From Candidatus Latescibacterota bacterium (GTDB lineage Bacteria; Latescibacterota; UBA2968; GCA-2709665), in contig OZ252100.1 of assembly GCA_965248435.1 (NCBI GenBank), forward strand, positions 5,536,001 to 5,600,000: a DNA stretch of 64,000 bases, read 5' to 3'. How positions within the stretch are numbered: the stretch's first letter is position 1; the number at the start of each line of letters is the position of its first letter. Shown piece after piece: positions 16,385 to 25,771 of the stretch. The notes beneath the pieces are model-generated. The model worked only from the letters and a program-made list of their open reading frames with translations, did not search any database and was not told the DNA's origin. The position numbers and the translations under genes are program-made.

Positions 16385-16957
16385 TCAAATTCCGATTAGG
16401 CTGCGAGTGAGTCCGGAATGACCCCAATGCACTGCAAAGCATAGTATCAGAAACCAGAATGCGAACGTGCCTGGATACAGCAAGTCAAAGGCCATGGAAT
16501 GCGTGATATGTTTGGAGATGCGGGGTGGAAGCGGGTTTTTCATCCACGCCACTTTGGGGCAATCAGGAAGAGGTTCTGGTGGAACTTCTGTCTCTATCTT
16601 GTTGGGCTTAACTTTGCGCTGTCTGCTAAAGAAACCATTGTACCAATCTGGTCCCGTAAGTTTCCAGTAGCGATGTTCAATGTCTATTCCTCGCATTGCC
16701 AAGTTGGTGTACAACGCCCGGGTTCTTAGCTCCAGAATCCACGCACATAGACTTAGTAGACAGCCAAGCCCCGCGACTGGAATGCGTGAGGACCAGTTGT
16801 CCTGTAGGATGGCAGGTACCAGGAATCCAGTGGCTGCCAGGAAAAATCCAGCGATAACGAAACGAGTTGAGACTTGAGATGTGTGGTACGCAACTACTGC
16901 GTTGTACTCCGTTCTTGCGTTTTCCTGAATATCGGTGGGCGATGGTACAACTATCAT
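16385..16957 (-). CDS. Hypothetical membrane protein (3 TM)
   Basis: RBS GGGAGG; hydrophobic hairpin plus C-terminal TM. Confidence 0.7.
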   Translation of the reverse strand: MIVVPSPTDIQENARTEYNAVVAYHTSQVSTRFVIAGFFLAATGFLVPAILQDNWSSRIPVAGLGCLLSLCAWILELRTRALYTNLAMRGIDIEHRYWKLTGPDWYNGFFSRQRKVKPNKIETEVPPEPLPDCPKVAWMKNPLPPRISKHITHSMAFDLLYPGTFAFWFLILCFAVHWGHSGLTRSLIGI

Positions 16958-17037
16958 GTTAACCTCCCGCTGATGCTGGGGCGAATGCCTTGGCACGAAT
17001 CTGACTCATTTTGATTTTACTGGTGGGTTTCCAGGAC

Positions 17038-17463
17038 TTACCCGCGAAACACTCTTTCATTATGCCAAGCAAGGAAATCTTCTCCAGGCTGTTCCGCGGC
17101 AGTCTCAGGTTTCCTCTGACGAGAGCGAATGCCCTGCGCGCGCCAAATCGTCATCATGATTCTACTGACGATATTCGGAGAGAAGAGAGATGCAAACACA
17201 ATGGGAATGATTCCCAAGAGATTACCCGCAGCGACAGTGTAGCCACCGAGAATTAGGAGCGTCAGCACTAAGAGTTTTCTAAAATAACCTAGAGGTAGCC
17301 ATGGCCTTGAAGCAAAACCTGCTAGTTGGGCCTTTATTAGCCTAATTTTCTCTTGCTGCTCTTGTGTGAGATGTGGTTTCGCCTCTAGCTTACGCACTAT
17401 CTCCAAGAGCTCTATTGCTTGAGTTGCTTCATCTTCAGATTTTGACAAACCATTCTCCTTCAA
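17038..17463 (-). CDS. Hypothetical membrane protein
   Basis: 141-aa ORF with two hydrophobic segments, co-directional with its neighbours. Confidence 0.55.
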   Translation of the reverse strand: MKENGLSKSEDEATQAIELLEIVRKLEAKPHLTQEQQEKIRLIKAQLAGFASRPWLPLGYFRKLLVLTLLILGGYTVAAGNLLGIIPIVFASLFSPNIVSRIMMTIWRAQGIRSRQRKPETAAEQPGEDFLAWHNERVFRG

Positions 17464-17539
17464 CGCAAACCGCAGACGTCAGAATCTTCCCTTTTGCGTG
17501 AATAGCATCTTGTGGACGTATCTTCACAATAAACCTCTT

Positions 17540-18046
17540 TTAGAATCCGTGCATCATGGACCAGGGTAAAACCCGCACAATAGCGGTCTCAAATGAGGGC
17601 GATGGGATGGAGGTCTCCCCTTGCCCAGTAACATCTATTCTATGAGGAGCTGTATAGGTTGGCAGAAATGTCGCCTTTCTTTTGCGAAGGAGGCAATATG
17701 TGTCATGGGGCGATTGATGAAGATCCTCCGATAGCTGGCTCAAAGTCTTACCAAAGAGGACACGTGCGTCTTCTTTTTGTAGAAGATTTTCGAGTTCATC
17801 ATGTCGAAGATCAAATTCGGAGACGACGTCATTAAGCGATCTTCCCGCTAGGTCGCTTTCAATTTGAGTAGGTTTGGTTTTCATAACTCGCAAATCTGAA
17901 TCCACATGTTTTTCATCTTGAATAACGATGTCCTGCACTGGAAGGTCACTGGACTGGTCTGTTGAAAATTCTTGCTCCTTACCAGGCTTTCCAAATACCA
18001 GCCAGAGGATGACGGATAGAGCGAAGATAATGATTAATACCCATCT
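17540..18046 (-). CDS. Hypothetical protein with N-terminal TM (start unclear, possibly disrupted)
   Basis: The frame extends upstream of the ORF-track start as LRWVLIIIFALSVILWLVFGK but has no in-frame ATG. Confidence 0.4.
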   Translation of the reverse strand, partial: RWVLIIIFALSVILWLVFGKPGKEQEFSTDQSSDLPVQDIVIQDEKHVDSDLRVMKTKPTQIESDLAGRSLNDVVSEFDLRHDELENLLQKEDARVLFGKTLSQLSEDLHQSPHDTYCLLRKRKATFLPTYTAPHRIDVTGQGETSIPSPSFETAIVRVLPWSMMHGF

Positions 18047-18215
18047 CAGATGATCTTCATACTGATCCCTGAGCCAAACTACCTATCGGAGTCACTAATA
18101 GGACGAAGATTACCCATTTGGCAAGGCCCTTCAAGATCCGCATACACCATTACTCCATTCTGTAGGCGAACCAAAAGCGAAAACCCAGAAACCATCCTTG
18201 CAAGCGCAGCCACCT

Positions 18216-19532
18216 TTACGATGCGATCATATCCCTGAGTGCTTGGATAACGCCTTGGATCAGCGTGGCAACTTGGTCCCGCTCTGGATACGTGGAATCT
18301 AATTCCTGTGCTAAGGAATACGGGATGAATGCATATACTTCTACGCCTAGTGAAACGTCTACGTAGGTCCTGTTGGAATCCCCAAAGTAGAGATTCCAAT
18401 CTGCCCGTTCTTTCCAGTCATCCCCTACAAGACCCACGAGTGTTTCAGATAGTCTGGACCAATCATCTTTGACCCATCTGCCGGCAAGAGTTTCAAAGCC
18501 GTCAATTGTGTGTGTAGAGTAGGCTTCCTGACTTCTCTCTAGAGGCATCTTTATCCAAGTCACGCCTCTGTTGAAATGACCAAATTTGACATACGGCTCA
18601 ATTGTAAGCCTAAATCTGCGGGTACCTACTTCTAGAGAGCTTCTAACCAACCACGGCAAGCTCTCACCCGAAGTAAATAGATGGCTTCCCTGTGCCTTTG
18701 TGTCGCCGGGCCACACTCCTACGCTGATTGAAGGGGTGCCATCTGGATCAGGCATTGGATAAAGATTGATCTCACTTGCCCAACCGAAATCCACCGCGAT
18801 AGCAGCCCTATCGCCGGTGTCAACCAATGGGCTTTGAAAGGCATTGACCTTGGCAATGTACAAGCGTTTATGTATCTGGTGGAAGTTCGGATCCTTATCA
18901 TCCGTAGCAAACGCTAGATAGGAGAAATTTCGAACAGGGAACCACGTTGGGAAATTGGCTGAGAGGAACTCAATATAGTCCTGGACGAAAATGTTTGGGG
19001 AACCTAAGCTCATGTGGTAGCTGTGAATCTTTTGAAACAGTTCAACCACATCGGCCCAAGAGAGAGAACGTGTATAACTATTGAACTGATGAGGTTCATA
19101 CTTTTCTGTCGCCTTCAGAATCTGATTCTGTAACTGAGCGAAGCAGTCTATCTGTTGCAGTTTCACCTCGATTATCACAACTATGTTTCTGACGGTTATT
19201 CGGATGTCAATTATCGGCTTTTCCGCACCCTCGGCAAAGACGTCGCCCGTCAAGTCCAAACGTTCTGGCGTTAAAGTGACTCCGACAATGTGTTCGAATC
19301 CCTCCAGACCGCTCGCGGGAACCTGCAAGTCTATGTCTATCTTGTCATCGCTTGTTAGATTCTCTACTGACTGTTCATACACTTCAACAGGAACTACCAT
19401 TCGCATAAACTCAATCAGCATTGCAGGATCGTTGCGAAAAACTAAGGCCAGTCCCCGCGAGAGATTGTTCTCCAAGGTTGGATCACTTCCGCCGTCGGAG
19501 AAAAATCGGAATAAATTTAGGTGTGCGTTCAT
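18216..19532 (-). CDS. PD-(D/E)XK nuclease-domain protein
   Basis: ENNLSRGL...LQV...PIIDIRI...VIIEVK pattern; long unassigned C-terminal domain. Confidence 0.75.
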   Translation of the reverse strand: MNAHLNLFRFFSDGGSDPTLENNLSRGLALVFRNDPAMLIEFMRMVVPVEVYEQSVENLTSDDKIDIDLQVPASGLEGFEHIVGVTLTPERLDLTGDVFAEGAEKPIIDIRITVRNIVVIIEVKLQQIDCFAQLQNQILKATEKYEPHQFNSYTRSLSWADVVELFQKIHSYHMSLGSPNIFVQDYIEFLSANFPTWFPVRNFSYLAFATDDKDPNFHQIHKRLYIAKVNAFQSPLVDTGDRAAIAVDFGWASEINLYPMPDPDGTPSISVGVWPGDTKAQGSHLFTSGESLPWLVRSSLEVGTRRFRLTIEPYVKFGHFNRGVTWIKMPLERSQEAYSTHTIDGFETLAGRWVKDDWSRLSETLVGLVGDDWKERADWNLYFGDSNRTYVDVSLGVEVYAFIPYSLAQELDSTYPERDQVATLIQGVIQALRDMIAS

Positions 19533-19677
19533 ACCGTACCCTATGTGGATCAAATTGTGGGTGCTTTGGCACTCTTTTACTTTTCCAACCCAGGGCTTCC
19601 TTTGGCGTCTCACTCGGCGACTCCGACCTGGCCCTGAAGTCTCGTGCCCTAGACGTGCATACCCCTCCGTCTTTGTG

Positions 19678-20205
19678 TCAGCCCTGTTCCTGGGAACGCC
19701 GCCATAATTCAAGCAACATCCGGTTTTCCGTCAGACCCAATCGAGAATCTCGGACTTGCAAATACCTTACCGTTCCCTTGCCAAATCTACCCCCCTGCCT
19801 GTTCAAAGGCGGCTCAGTGGCTGCGATTAGAATTGCTTCCATGTGGTCAAGAGCGGCTGAGACCTTAGCTCCCGCCCTAAGTTTCTCGGTAGACAGTTGG
19901 CCGCTGTTTAGCACCCGTCTTAGTCCGAACCAGGAAAAGTGATCCCATCGGTCAGCGAGGACATCCTTGCGGTGTCGCTTGAGGCGATTAAGTAGACGTT
20001 GGTCCTTTGACCCGGTTTGGCCGACATAGATCACGTTGTGCCCTGAGTACAAGACATATATGCCTATCTGTCGTCTGAAGTCGACCGGTTCAGAAGAGCG
20101 CGCTCTGGCAGGAACCCCGAAAATGGCTCCAGGTTGATTACCTCGTCCCCAGAATACGTCCTCTTCCTTCCAGAACAAGCCATATGACTGGATAATGCCT
20201 GGCAT
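19678..20205 (-). CDS. GIY-YIG nuclease
   Basis: GIYVLY...IYVGQT...RLKRH...MEAILI...PPLN. Confidence 0.9.
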   Translation of the reverse strand: MPGIIQSYGLFWKEEDVFWGRGNQPGAIFGVPARARSSEPVDFRRQIGIYVLYSGHNVIYVGQTGSKDQRLLNRLKRHRKDVLADRWDHFSWFGLRRVLNSGQLSTEKLRAGAKVSAALDHMEAILIAATEPPLNRQGGRFGKGTVRYLQVRDSRLGLTENRMLLELWRRSQEQG

Positions 20206-20261
20206 CTGATCTCGTATCGTATCCTATCATGAGGTGACCTCTTGGCTAATCAGCCCGTCTT

Positions 20262-20933
20262 CTAGAAGTCCTCCAATCTAAGGGCCTCAGTCTTCAATTT
20301 ACCAAGACTATAATCAACAGATTCAGTGACTTTGATTGCCTCATCTCCCAGTTCTAGATAAGAACGCGATCTGGGACCAATCACCTGGTAGGCTTCTCCA
20401 CCGAGATCCTCGAATTGGGAGGAAATGAGCATCCCAACTCTGGGAGCGTACCGGGCTTCTAGGGTTCCGATTCGCGCCGAGCTATCTTCGTTCCTAAAGA
20501 AAAGCGAGCGGGCAGAGAGAATACACGCGGGGTTGTCGTTGCTATTGTTGTCAAGCAACTTGACGAACCCTGTGGAGAATTGCACGTTACTATCTGATTG
20601 TGGCTCGCCAACTCCCATGAGTATGTGAGACGTACCGTCGCTTCCAATTATCTCGATGTTGTTTGCTCTGATTCTGTCTGCGTAAACGTTCCCCACTAAG
20701 AACTCGCCGAACTTGCTATCGAGATTACTAACTCGGCCTGCTACAGTAGCATCAGATTGGAAAGTGAGAATCGCGATCATTCCGGTGATCATTAGAATTA
20801 AGACTCCGCCCACGGCGGAAAGGAAAACTTGGAAGATCCGCAACCTGGCTTCCAAGGAGTTCAATCTCTCCTTCAGCGTTGCTTCAACGGATAAGACCTT
20901 TGCCTCCAGGACAGCAGTTTCCATCAATTGCAT
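20262..20933 (-). CDS. Hypothetical protein (coiled coil, TM, beta-rich domain)
   Basis: RBS GAGG; TM segment FLSAVGGVLILMITGMIAIL. Confidence 0.65.
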   Translation of the reverse strand: MQLMETAVLEAKVLSVEATLKERLNSLEARLRIFQVFLSAVGGVLILMITGMIAILTFQSDATVAGRVSNLDSKFGEFLVGNVYADRIRANNIEIIGSDGTSHILMGVGEPQSDSNVQFSTGFVKLLDNNSNDNPACILSARSLFFRNEDSSARIGTLEARYAPRVGMLISSQFEDLGGEAYQVIGPRSRSYLELGDEAIKVTESVDYSLGKLKTEALRLEDF

Positions 20934-20972
20934 GAGAAACCTCGCTAGTATTAGATGGTTATGAGACCGGCT

Positions 20973-21971
20973 TTAGAAATCAGCATCGTCATCAGGTCTG
21001 ATCTTCAGCCCGAACGAAATAGGGAAGTGGTCGCTGAAGGTCCTCCTCCAATCGGCGAACGTATCCGAGTTGCCAGGAAGGAAGATGTCGGCCTTTTTCT
21101 GTGAGATGTGACCTCTAGCTCCTTTGTTCACTAGGATGTGATCGATGACGCTCTTAAGAGCCTGGTCCATACGCGTAGAATGGAAGTCTGGAGTGATAAG
21201 ATTTGTGTAACCCTTGAACCTCAAGTGCGTGTATAGTCCTTTCGAAAATCGGAGATTTCCCGCACTCGTTCTGGCATAGGGATTATCATTGAAGTCGCCC
21301 AGTATGATTCTGTCGCTCTCCTTGATCTCGTGAGCCAGCAGTGAGTTTCGCAGGTTGTACTCCAGTAGGGTCACAGCGATTAGGTGATTCTCATCGTTGG
21401 CCTGCCCTGACTTAAGATGAAGGTTTACGATTGCGAAGTCGTTCGCGCCCTCCTCGTCTTTGATGGCTTCGAAGTATCCGATCAAGGGAACGCGAGGGAA
21501 CAAGGGGGATCCCGCTAGGTCTGGGTTCTCGATGTCCATGGCGTAGACATTGAGGAGGTTTACTCTGCTCTTGTTCCACAGGAAGCCCACGAACATGTTG
21601 GCGTGTCCGCTGGGTATCTGGTCCACCCAGGGGAGGTAGTAGGCCCAACTCGATCCAAGTTCTGCAACGATTTTGTCCAGAGGTCTGGACAAAGAAAAGT
21701 CTCCATCTTTGTGCGTTATTGACGCCTCCTGGAACGCCACAATGTCGGAGTTCAGCGTGTCTTTGATCAGCTTTGCAATGGCTTTGAGCTGATCATCGGT
21801 CCGCTTCTCAAGATCCCTTCGTCCGAAACCACCTGCAAATCCTCTTCCGTCCCCTCCAAGCGTCTCGATATTCCAGGTTGTAACTGTTAGGTGATCCTGG
21901 CCTCCAGCAGTTATCGGTATAAGAGCCAGAACCATGCCTAAAAAGGCATGTTTAAGAATAGGCTTTCGCAT
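20973..21971 (-). CDS. Secreted endonuclease/exonuclease/phosphatase (DNase I-like)
   Basis: Signal peptide; TWNIE, FQE, NLHLKS, ILGDFND, IDHI, SDHFP. Confidence 0.9.
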   Translation of the reverse strand: MRKPILKHAFLGMVLALIPITAGGQDHLTVTTWNIETLGGDGRGFAGGFGRRDLEKRTDDQLKAIAKLIKDTLNSDIVAFQEASITHKDGDFSLSRPLDKIVAELGSSWAYYLPWVDQIPSGHANMFVGFLWNKSRVNLLNVYAMDIENPDLAGSPLFPRVPLIGYFEAIKDEEGANDFAIVNLHLKSGQANDENHLIAVTLLEYNLRNSLLAHEIKESDRIILGDFNDNPYARTSAGNLRFSKGLYTHLRFKGYTNLITPDFHSTRMDQALKSVIDHILVNKGARGHISQKKADIFLPGNSDTFADWRRTFSDHFPISFGLKIRPDDDADF

Positions 21972-22314
21972 TTGACCACTCCCTAATTGTCTAGTCTTGC
22001 TTCAGGAACTCCCGTCACCTCCGCCAGAGTTGGAAGAGAACTCGCCAAGAGAACCACAAGTGTTTGACAGCGGATGTTCATCTTTACCTCCGCAATAGAA
22101 TGATTTTCACTTGAAACATGAAAAAAACCTTACCATCTCCACCCTTGGGGAGCCAATTCAACATTTTTGATCATATGGTTTCGACAATGACATTATTGCC
22201 TCTGGAGGGTCTTAACTTTCAGAGTCAGAGACGATAGGGGGGCGTGTTCACGGGTTCACTTTGCTGGGCTTGTCAAAAGCGTCATTTTTGGCTGATACAA
22301 GACGGGTCTATTGG

Positions 22315-22536
22315 TTATTCCTCCTTTTGTCCCGCATCTCCATCTTCTTGAAGCGGCTGTTCGTCAGGATCGATTGGCAGCCAGGGCACTTTCAATAATG
22401 CCTCAATAATGTTATCCTTGGGTGGATCTTCTGACTCATCTTGTCTGCTCGAATCCTCATCATGTTTGCCTTTCTCTTCGTCCTCTGGATCTAAATTACC
22501 TCTGCTATCACTTTCCATTCCTAGTCTCCTAATCAT
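22315..22536 (-). CDS. Small acidic hypothetical protein
   Basis: Co-directional ORF after rmuC; low complexity. Confidence 0.35.
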   Translation of the reverse strand: MIRRLGMESDSRGNLDPEDEEKGKHDEDSSRQDESEDPPKDNIIEALLKVPWLPIDPDEQPLQEDGDAGQKEE

Positions 22537-22563
22537 TAGGGCGATTCACTGCGATTTCCATTC

Positions 22564-23562
22564 CTAGTCACTCGTTTCGGTTAATTCAAGAGCCCGAGTT
22601 TCTGCGCTTACTTCAAGGCTCGTAAGTCCTGCGCTGATTTTGCTTAGATGAGCACGCATCTCGTCACGGGAGTTGCCCATCATGATAACCGCTCTTGACA
22701 GCCGCCCCTCGAGCTCATCCTGCAATGCCTCTATGTTTGACTGCACACTCTGGACGTATGCGTTCAACCTTTGCACGTCCACCGTTTGCGAGGTTTTGAG
22801 AATTGTCTGAAATACCAACAGTAGATACGGCACAAACATGCTGTAACTCACAAGTACAACATTTATCTGGAATGCTTCAACCTGTATCCTGGCACATAAA
22901 TCGTAGATTGCGTCAGGTACCGCCGGGACTGCAAAGTCTACCGTGATATTCGGATCGATATACTTCCTGACTTCCTTGGCTTTAGCCAGAACTGCTTTTT
23001 CAATATCGCTTTTCAACTTCTGCTGCTCATCTAGGTTCTCAGTTGCCAGAAACTGTTCCAGCAAGTTGGTCGCTGCCCATTTGCTGTCAATCGGCAGCAC
23101 GAGATTATTGGGTAAGCGCAGTCCAAACTCAACTGTCTTATTACCAACCTTGAAATCCCGCACCTGCCACTCTGATGGCAATTGGGCAAAGACAACTTCA
23201 ACGATATTCTCCCCGGCCACGCCTTTAGTCTGCGTACCAGCGATAATCCCTTCAAGACGCCGTATTGATTCTGATGTTTGGCGTTCCAGGTCTTGCCGCG
23301 CTTTTGCATGTGCTTGGATTGATGCCAGATTCTCGCGGGCTTGTTCTAGGCCGCTACGAATAGCCGATGTTGTCTCGACGAGGCTCTTTGCCGCAGTACC
23401 AGTTTCGACCAGTTTCGTTTCAAGCGCATTGATGTTTTGACTCGTTTGACTCTGGTTCTGCTCAACAGTCGATATTCTCCCTATTAGTCCTCGCAACGTC
23501 ATGAATGTAACGAGGAGTATACCAAGTAAGACTATTAGCAGTATCAGAACGAGAAAGTCCAT
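22564..23562 (-). CDS. rmuC: RmuC-family DNA recombination protein
   Basis: N-terminal TM, coiled coil, KGVAGE, LPIDSK, KYIDP..TVDFA. Confidence 0.85.
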   Translation of the reverse strand: MDFLVLILLIVLLGILLVTFMTLRGLIGRISTVEQNQSQTSQNINALETKLVETGTAAKSLVETTSAIRSGLEQARENLASIQAHAKARQDLERQTSESIRRLEGIIAGTQTKGVAGENIVEVVFAQLPSEWQVRDFKVGNKTVEFGLRLPNNLVLPIDSKWAATNLLEQFLATENLDEQQKLKSDIEKAVLAKAKEVRKYIDPNITVDFAVPAVPDAIYDLCARIQVEAFQINVVLVSYSMFVPYLLLVFQTILKTSQTVDVQRLNAYVQSVQSNIEALQDELEGRLSRAVIMMGNSRDEMRAHLSKISAGLTSLEVSAETRALELTETSD

Positions 23563-23679
23563 TTCCTTGACTCCGGTCCAATCCAGTCCTACTTGGCGCC
23601 CCCTCACGAAGACGCGGTCACACTAGGGAACGAACTCAATTGAGAGCGCAAAAATATTCCGAGATGGCATTCCGAGAAC

Positions 23680-25767
23680 TCACATCCGCATATCATCTAG
23701 AAATTCAGATGCCGGATCGACACTCGTGACAAGCAAATGGTCCCTTGCACGCGTGCATGCGACGTAGAGCAGATGCCGCTCGGTGTCATAGACTTCCTTC
23801 AGATCAGCGTCGTCGCCAACCGTCTCGATACGCTCCTGCAAAGGTATCACCTCGTCATCGCAGGCCATTACGACCACAGCCCGGAACTCCAGACCTTTGG
23901 CAAGGTGCATGGTGCTGACTGAGACATGGCCGCTGGTGGTTTCGACGTGTTCATCGAGAACCTTGAAAACAAAGCCCGCTTCCTCTACAGCAGCTCGAGC
24001 ACGATCCAGTTGCGCTGAGGATCTGACGAAAACGCCGAACTCGTGTGGCAACACACCATCCTTTGCCCGCTCTGCAATCCAGATGCCGACAGCCTCGCTT
24101 TCCTCGCCTTCACTCTTGAATGAGCGCATCGTCGGCGGTGGGCCGTTGAATACGGAAACCGTATCGCTCCGATCCTCGCCGTTACCATCCACGTCTGTCA
24201 CCACCGGGGCGAGCAGGCGGTCCGCCTGCGTCCGGATCTGATGAGAAGTGCGGTAGTTGACCCGTAAAGTGGGCGAGCGTCCCCGGATGTCCACTCCGAG
24301 GGCTTTCCACGAATATGGTTGCTGGAAGATGCGCTGACCCAGGTCGCCGGCAAAAAAGAGTGCGTTGGGCCGACCACCGCCCAAGGCGGCGAAGAACCGG
24401 AGATGGGTGACGCTGATGTCCTGCGCCTCGTCCACGGCCGCGAAGTCGAAAACCACGTTCTCACTCTTCGAGAGCGCGCGTGCCAATGAATCGAACAGCT
24501 CCGCGTGGGTGATCAGTTGGCGCGCCTGTAGCCCCTCACGGATGCCCTCGAAGATAGACCAAAGCACTGTGCGCTGCGCCTCTGGAAGCCGCGTCTTTCT
24601 ACCAAGGCGCACAACATCTCGATAATTCTCCCAAGTCTTCAATTGCCACGAGTCTACCACCTGCTCCCATTCCGTGAGCAAGAAATGCTGGCTGAACTTG
24701 TGGTCATCCACGTCGCTCGCTGCCTCCTGGATCAGCTCGCGCAGCACTTCACGGCTGGCAATCGTCGCCTGCCCGACATGCGCTTTGTAGAGCCGCAGGC
24801 CAATAGTGTTGAGTGAGTAAACGTCAATCCGTTCTGCAAGCCGTGGCTCGCTGCTCAACAGCCGTCTCAGCCTCGTATGCAGCGCATTAGCCAGCGTGCC
24901 TGAGAAGGTCGTCAGCAACACGCGGGCGTCGGGGTGCGTGCGTGCCAAATGTGCAGCACGGTGCAATGCAACGATTGTCTTACCAGTGCCCGCCGAACCG
25001 GAGACTCGCGCTGGACCTGTGTAATCCCGCTCCACCCATTGCCGCTGCTCCGGATGAAGGAAGACAGCCCATTTCTCCCAAGGGTAATCGAGAGCGGCCT
25101 CCAACTCCTCCACATTCGACATGACCCGAAAGCGGCGTTGGGAATCCGGATGATCGAAGGGATCTGCTGTCGGTACGGCCGGCTCAGGCGGGCGGGGCTT
25201 TCCGCCTGTTGCAAGTTCCAACAATGCCTCGGAAGCCTCAGCGGGAAGGTAGTCTACTAAAGCCAGCAGTGTGCCCTCGGTGGCCTCCTTGACGTCATTG
25301 AGCCACTCGGCGGGAACACCATAGCCGAGTAGTTCATCATCCGACACCCCGGTAAGAATAGGCTGCTCCTCGACTTCAGCCTCCGGCATCACAGCAAGTT
25401 CTGTCTGCACATAGACCGGAACAATGATTTCCTTCACCGTCTCCCGAACCTCGACCAATTGCGCTGCGCCCGTCTTCGGGTGCGTCTCCAACTTGCGCCG
25501 TTCTGCCCAATCATACGCTTTGTCGTGGTGGTCAACGTAGCAGAGCAGAAGGTTTGCGTCGCTCTTGTGAACAATTAGACGGATGTCCCTGCTGACCCGC
25601 ACCGACCAGAAGTTCTTGTCCTTCGCCTTGTCAAGCTTGTGGAAGCTCATCGCGGGATTGGCCGGGTTGAGTTGCAAGTCGAAAGCCGTCGTCTTGACGG
25701 CCTTCTGCTCGTCGCCGGACAGGCGGGCAAGGCTATCGGTGAAGGTGTCAGCGATGCGGAAGTCCAT
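23680..25767 (-). CDS. UvrD/Rep SF1 helicase with N-terminal RelE/ParE-like domain
   Basis: N-terminal FWSVRVSRDIRLIVH; GSAGTGKT, VDEAQD, GDLGQRIF, NYRT, TMHLAKGLEF, LYVACTRAR. Confidence 0.92.
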   Translation of the reverse strand: MDFRIADTFTDSLARLSGDEQKAVKTTAFDLQLNPANPAMSFHKLDKAKDKNFWSVRVSRDIRLIVHKSDANLLLCYVDHHDKAYDWAERRKLETHPKTGAAQLVEVRETVKEIIVPVYVQTELAVMPEAEVEEQPILTGVSDDELLGYGVPAEWLNDVKEATEGTLLALVDYLPAEASEALLELATGGKPRPPEPAVPTADPFDHPDSQRRFRVMSNVEELEAALDYPWEKWAVFLHPEQRQWVERDYTGPARVSGSAGTGKTIVALHRAAHLARTHPDARVLLTTFSGTLANALHTRLRRLLSSEPRLAERIDVYSLNTIGLRLYKAHVGQATIASREVLRELIQEAASDVDDHKFSQHFLLTEWEQVVDSWQLKTWENYRDVVRLGRKTRLPEAQRTVLWSIFEGIREGLQARQLITHAELFDSLARALSKSENVVFDFAAVDEAQDISVTHLRFFAALGGGRPNALFFAGDLGQRIFQQPYSWKALGVDIRGRSPTLRVNYRTSHQIRTQADRLLAPVVTDVDGNGEDRSDTVSVFNGPPPTMRSFKSEGEESEAVGIWIAERAKDGVLPHEFGVFVRSSAQLDRARAAVEEAGFVFKVLDEHVETTSGHVSVSTMHLAKGLEFRAVVVMACDDEVIPLQERIETVGDDADLKEVYDTERHLLYVACTRARDHLLVTSVDPASEFLDDMRM

Positions 25768-25771
25768 TACA

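Noticed and set aside
17471-17486. CGCAGACG as the 5' boundary of the cassette ending at 16214
   Set aside because: Matches the expected inverted repeat for 8 bp but lacks the TAAC core; too weak to call.
22260-22536. IS1595-like end with a passenger ORF
   Set aside because: Only a vague GGGCTTGTCAA resemblance; no transposase or second terminal repeat.
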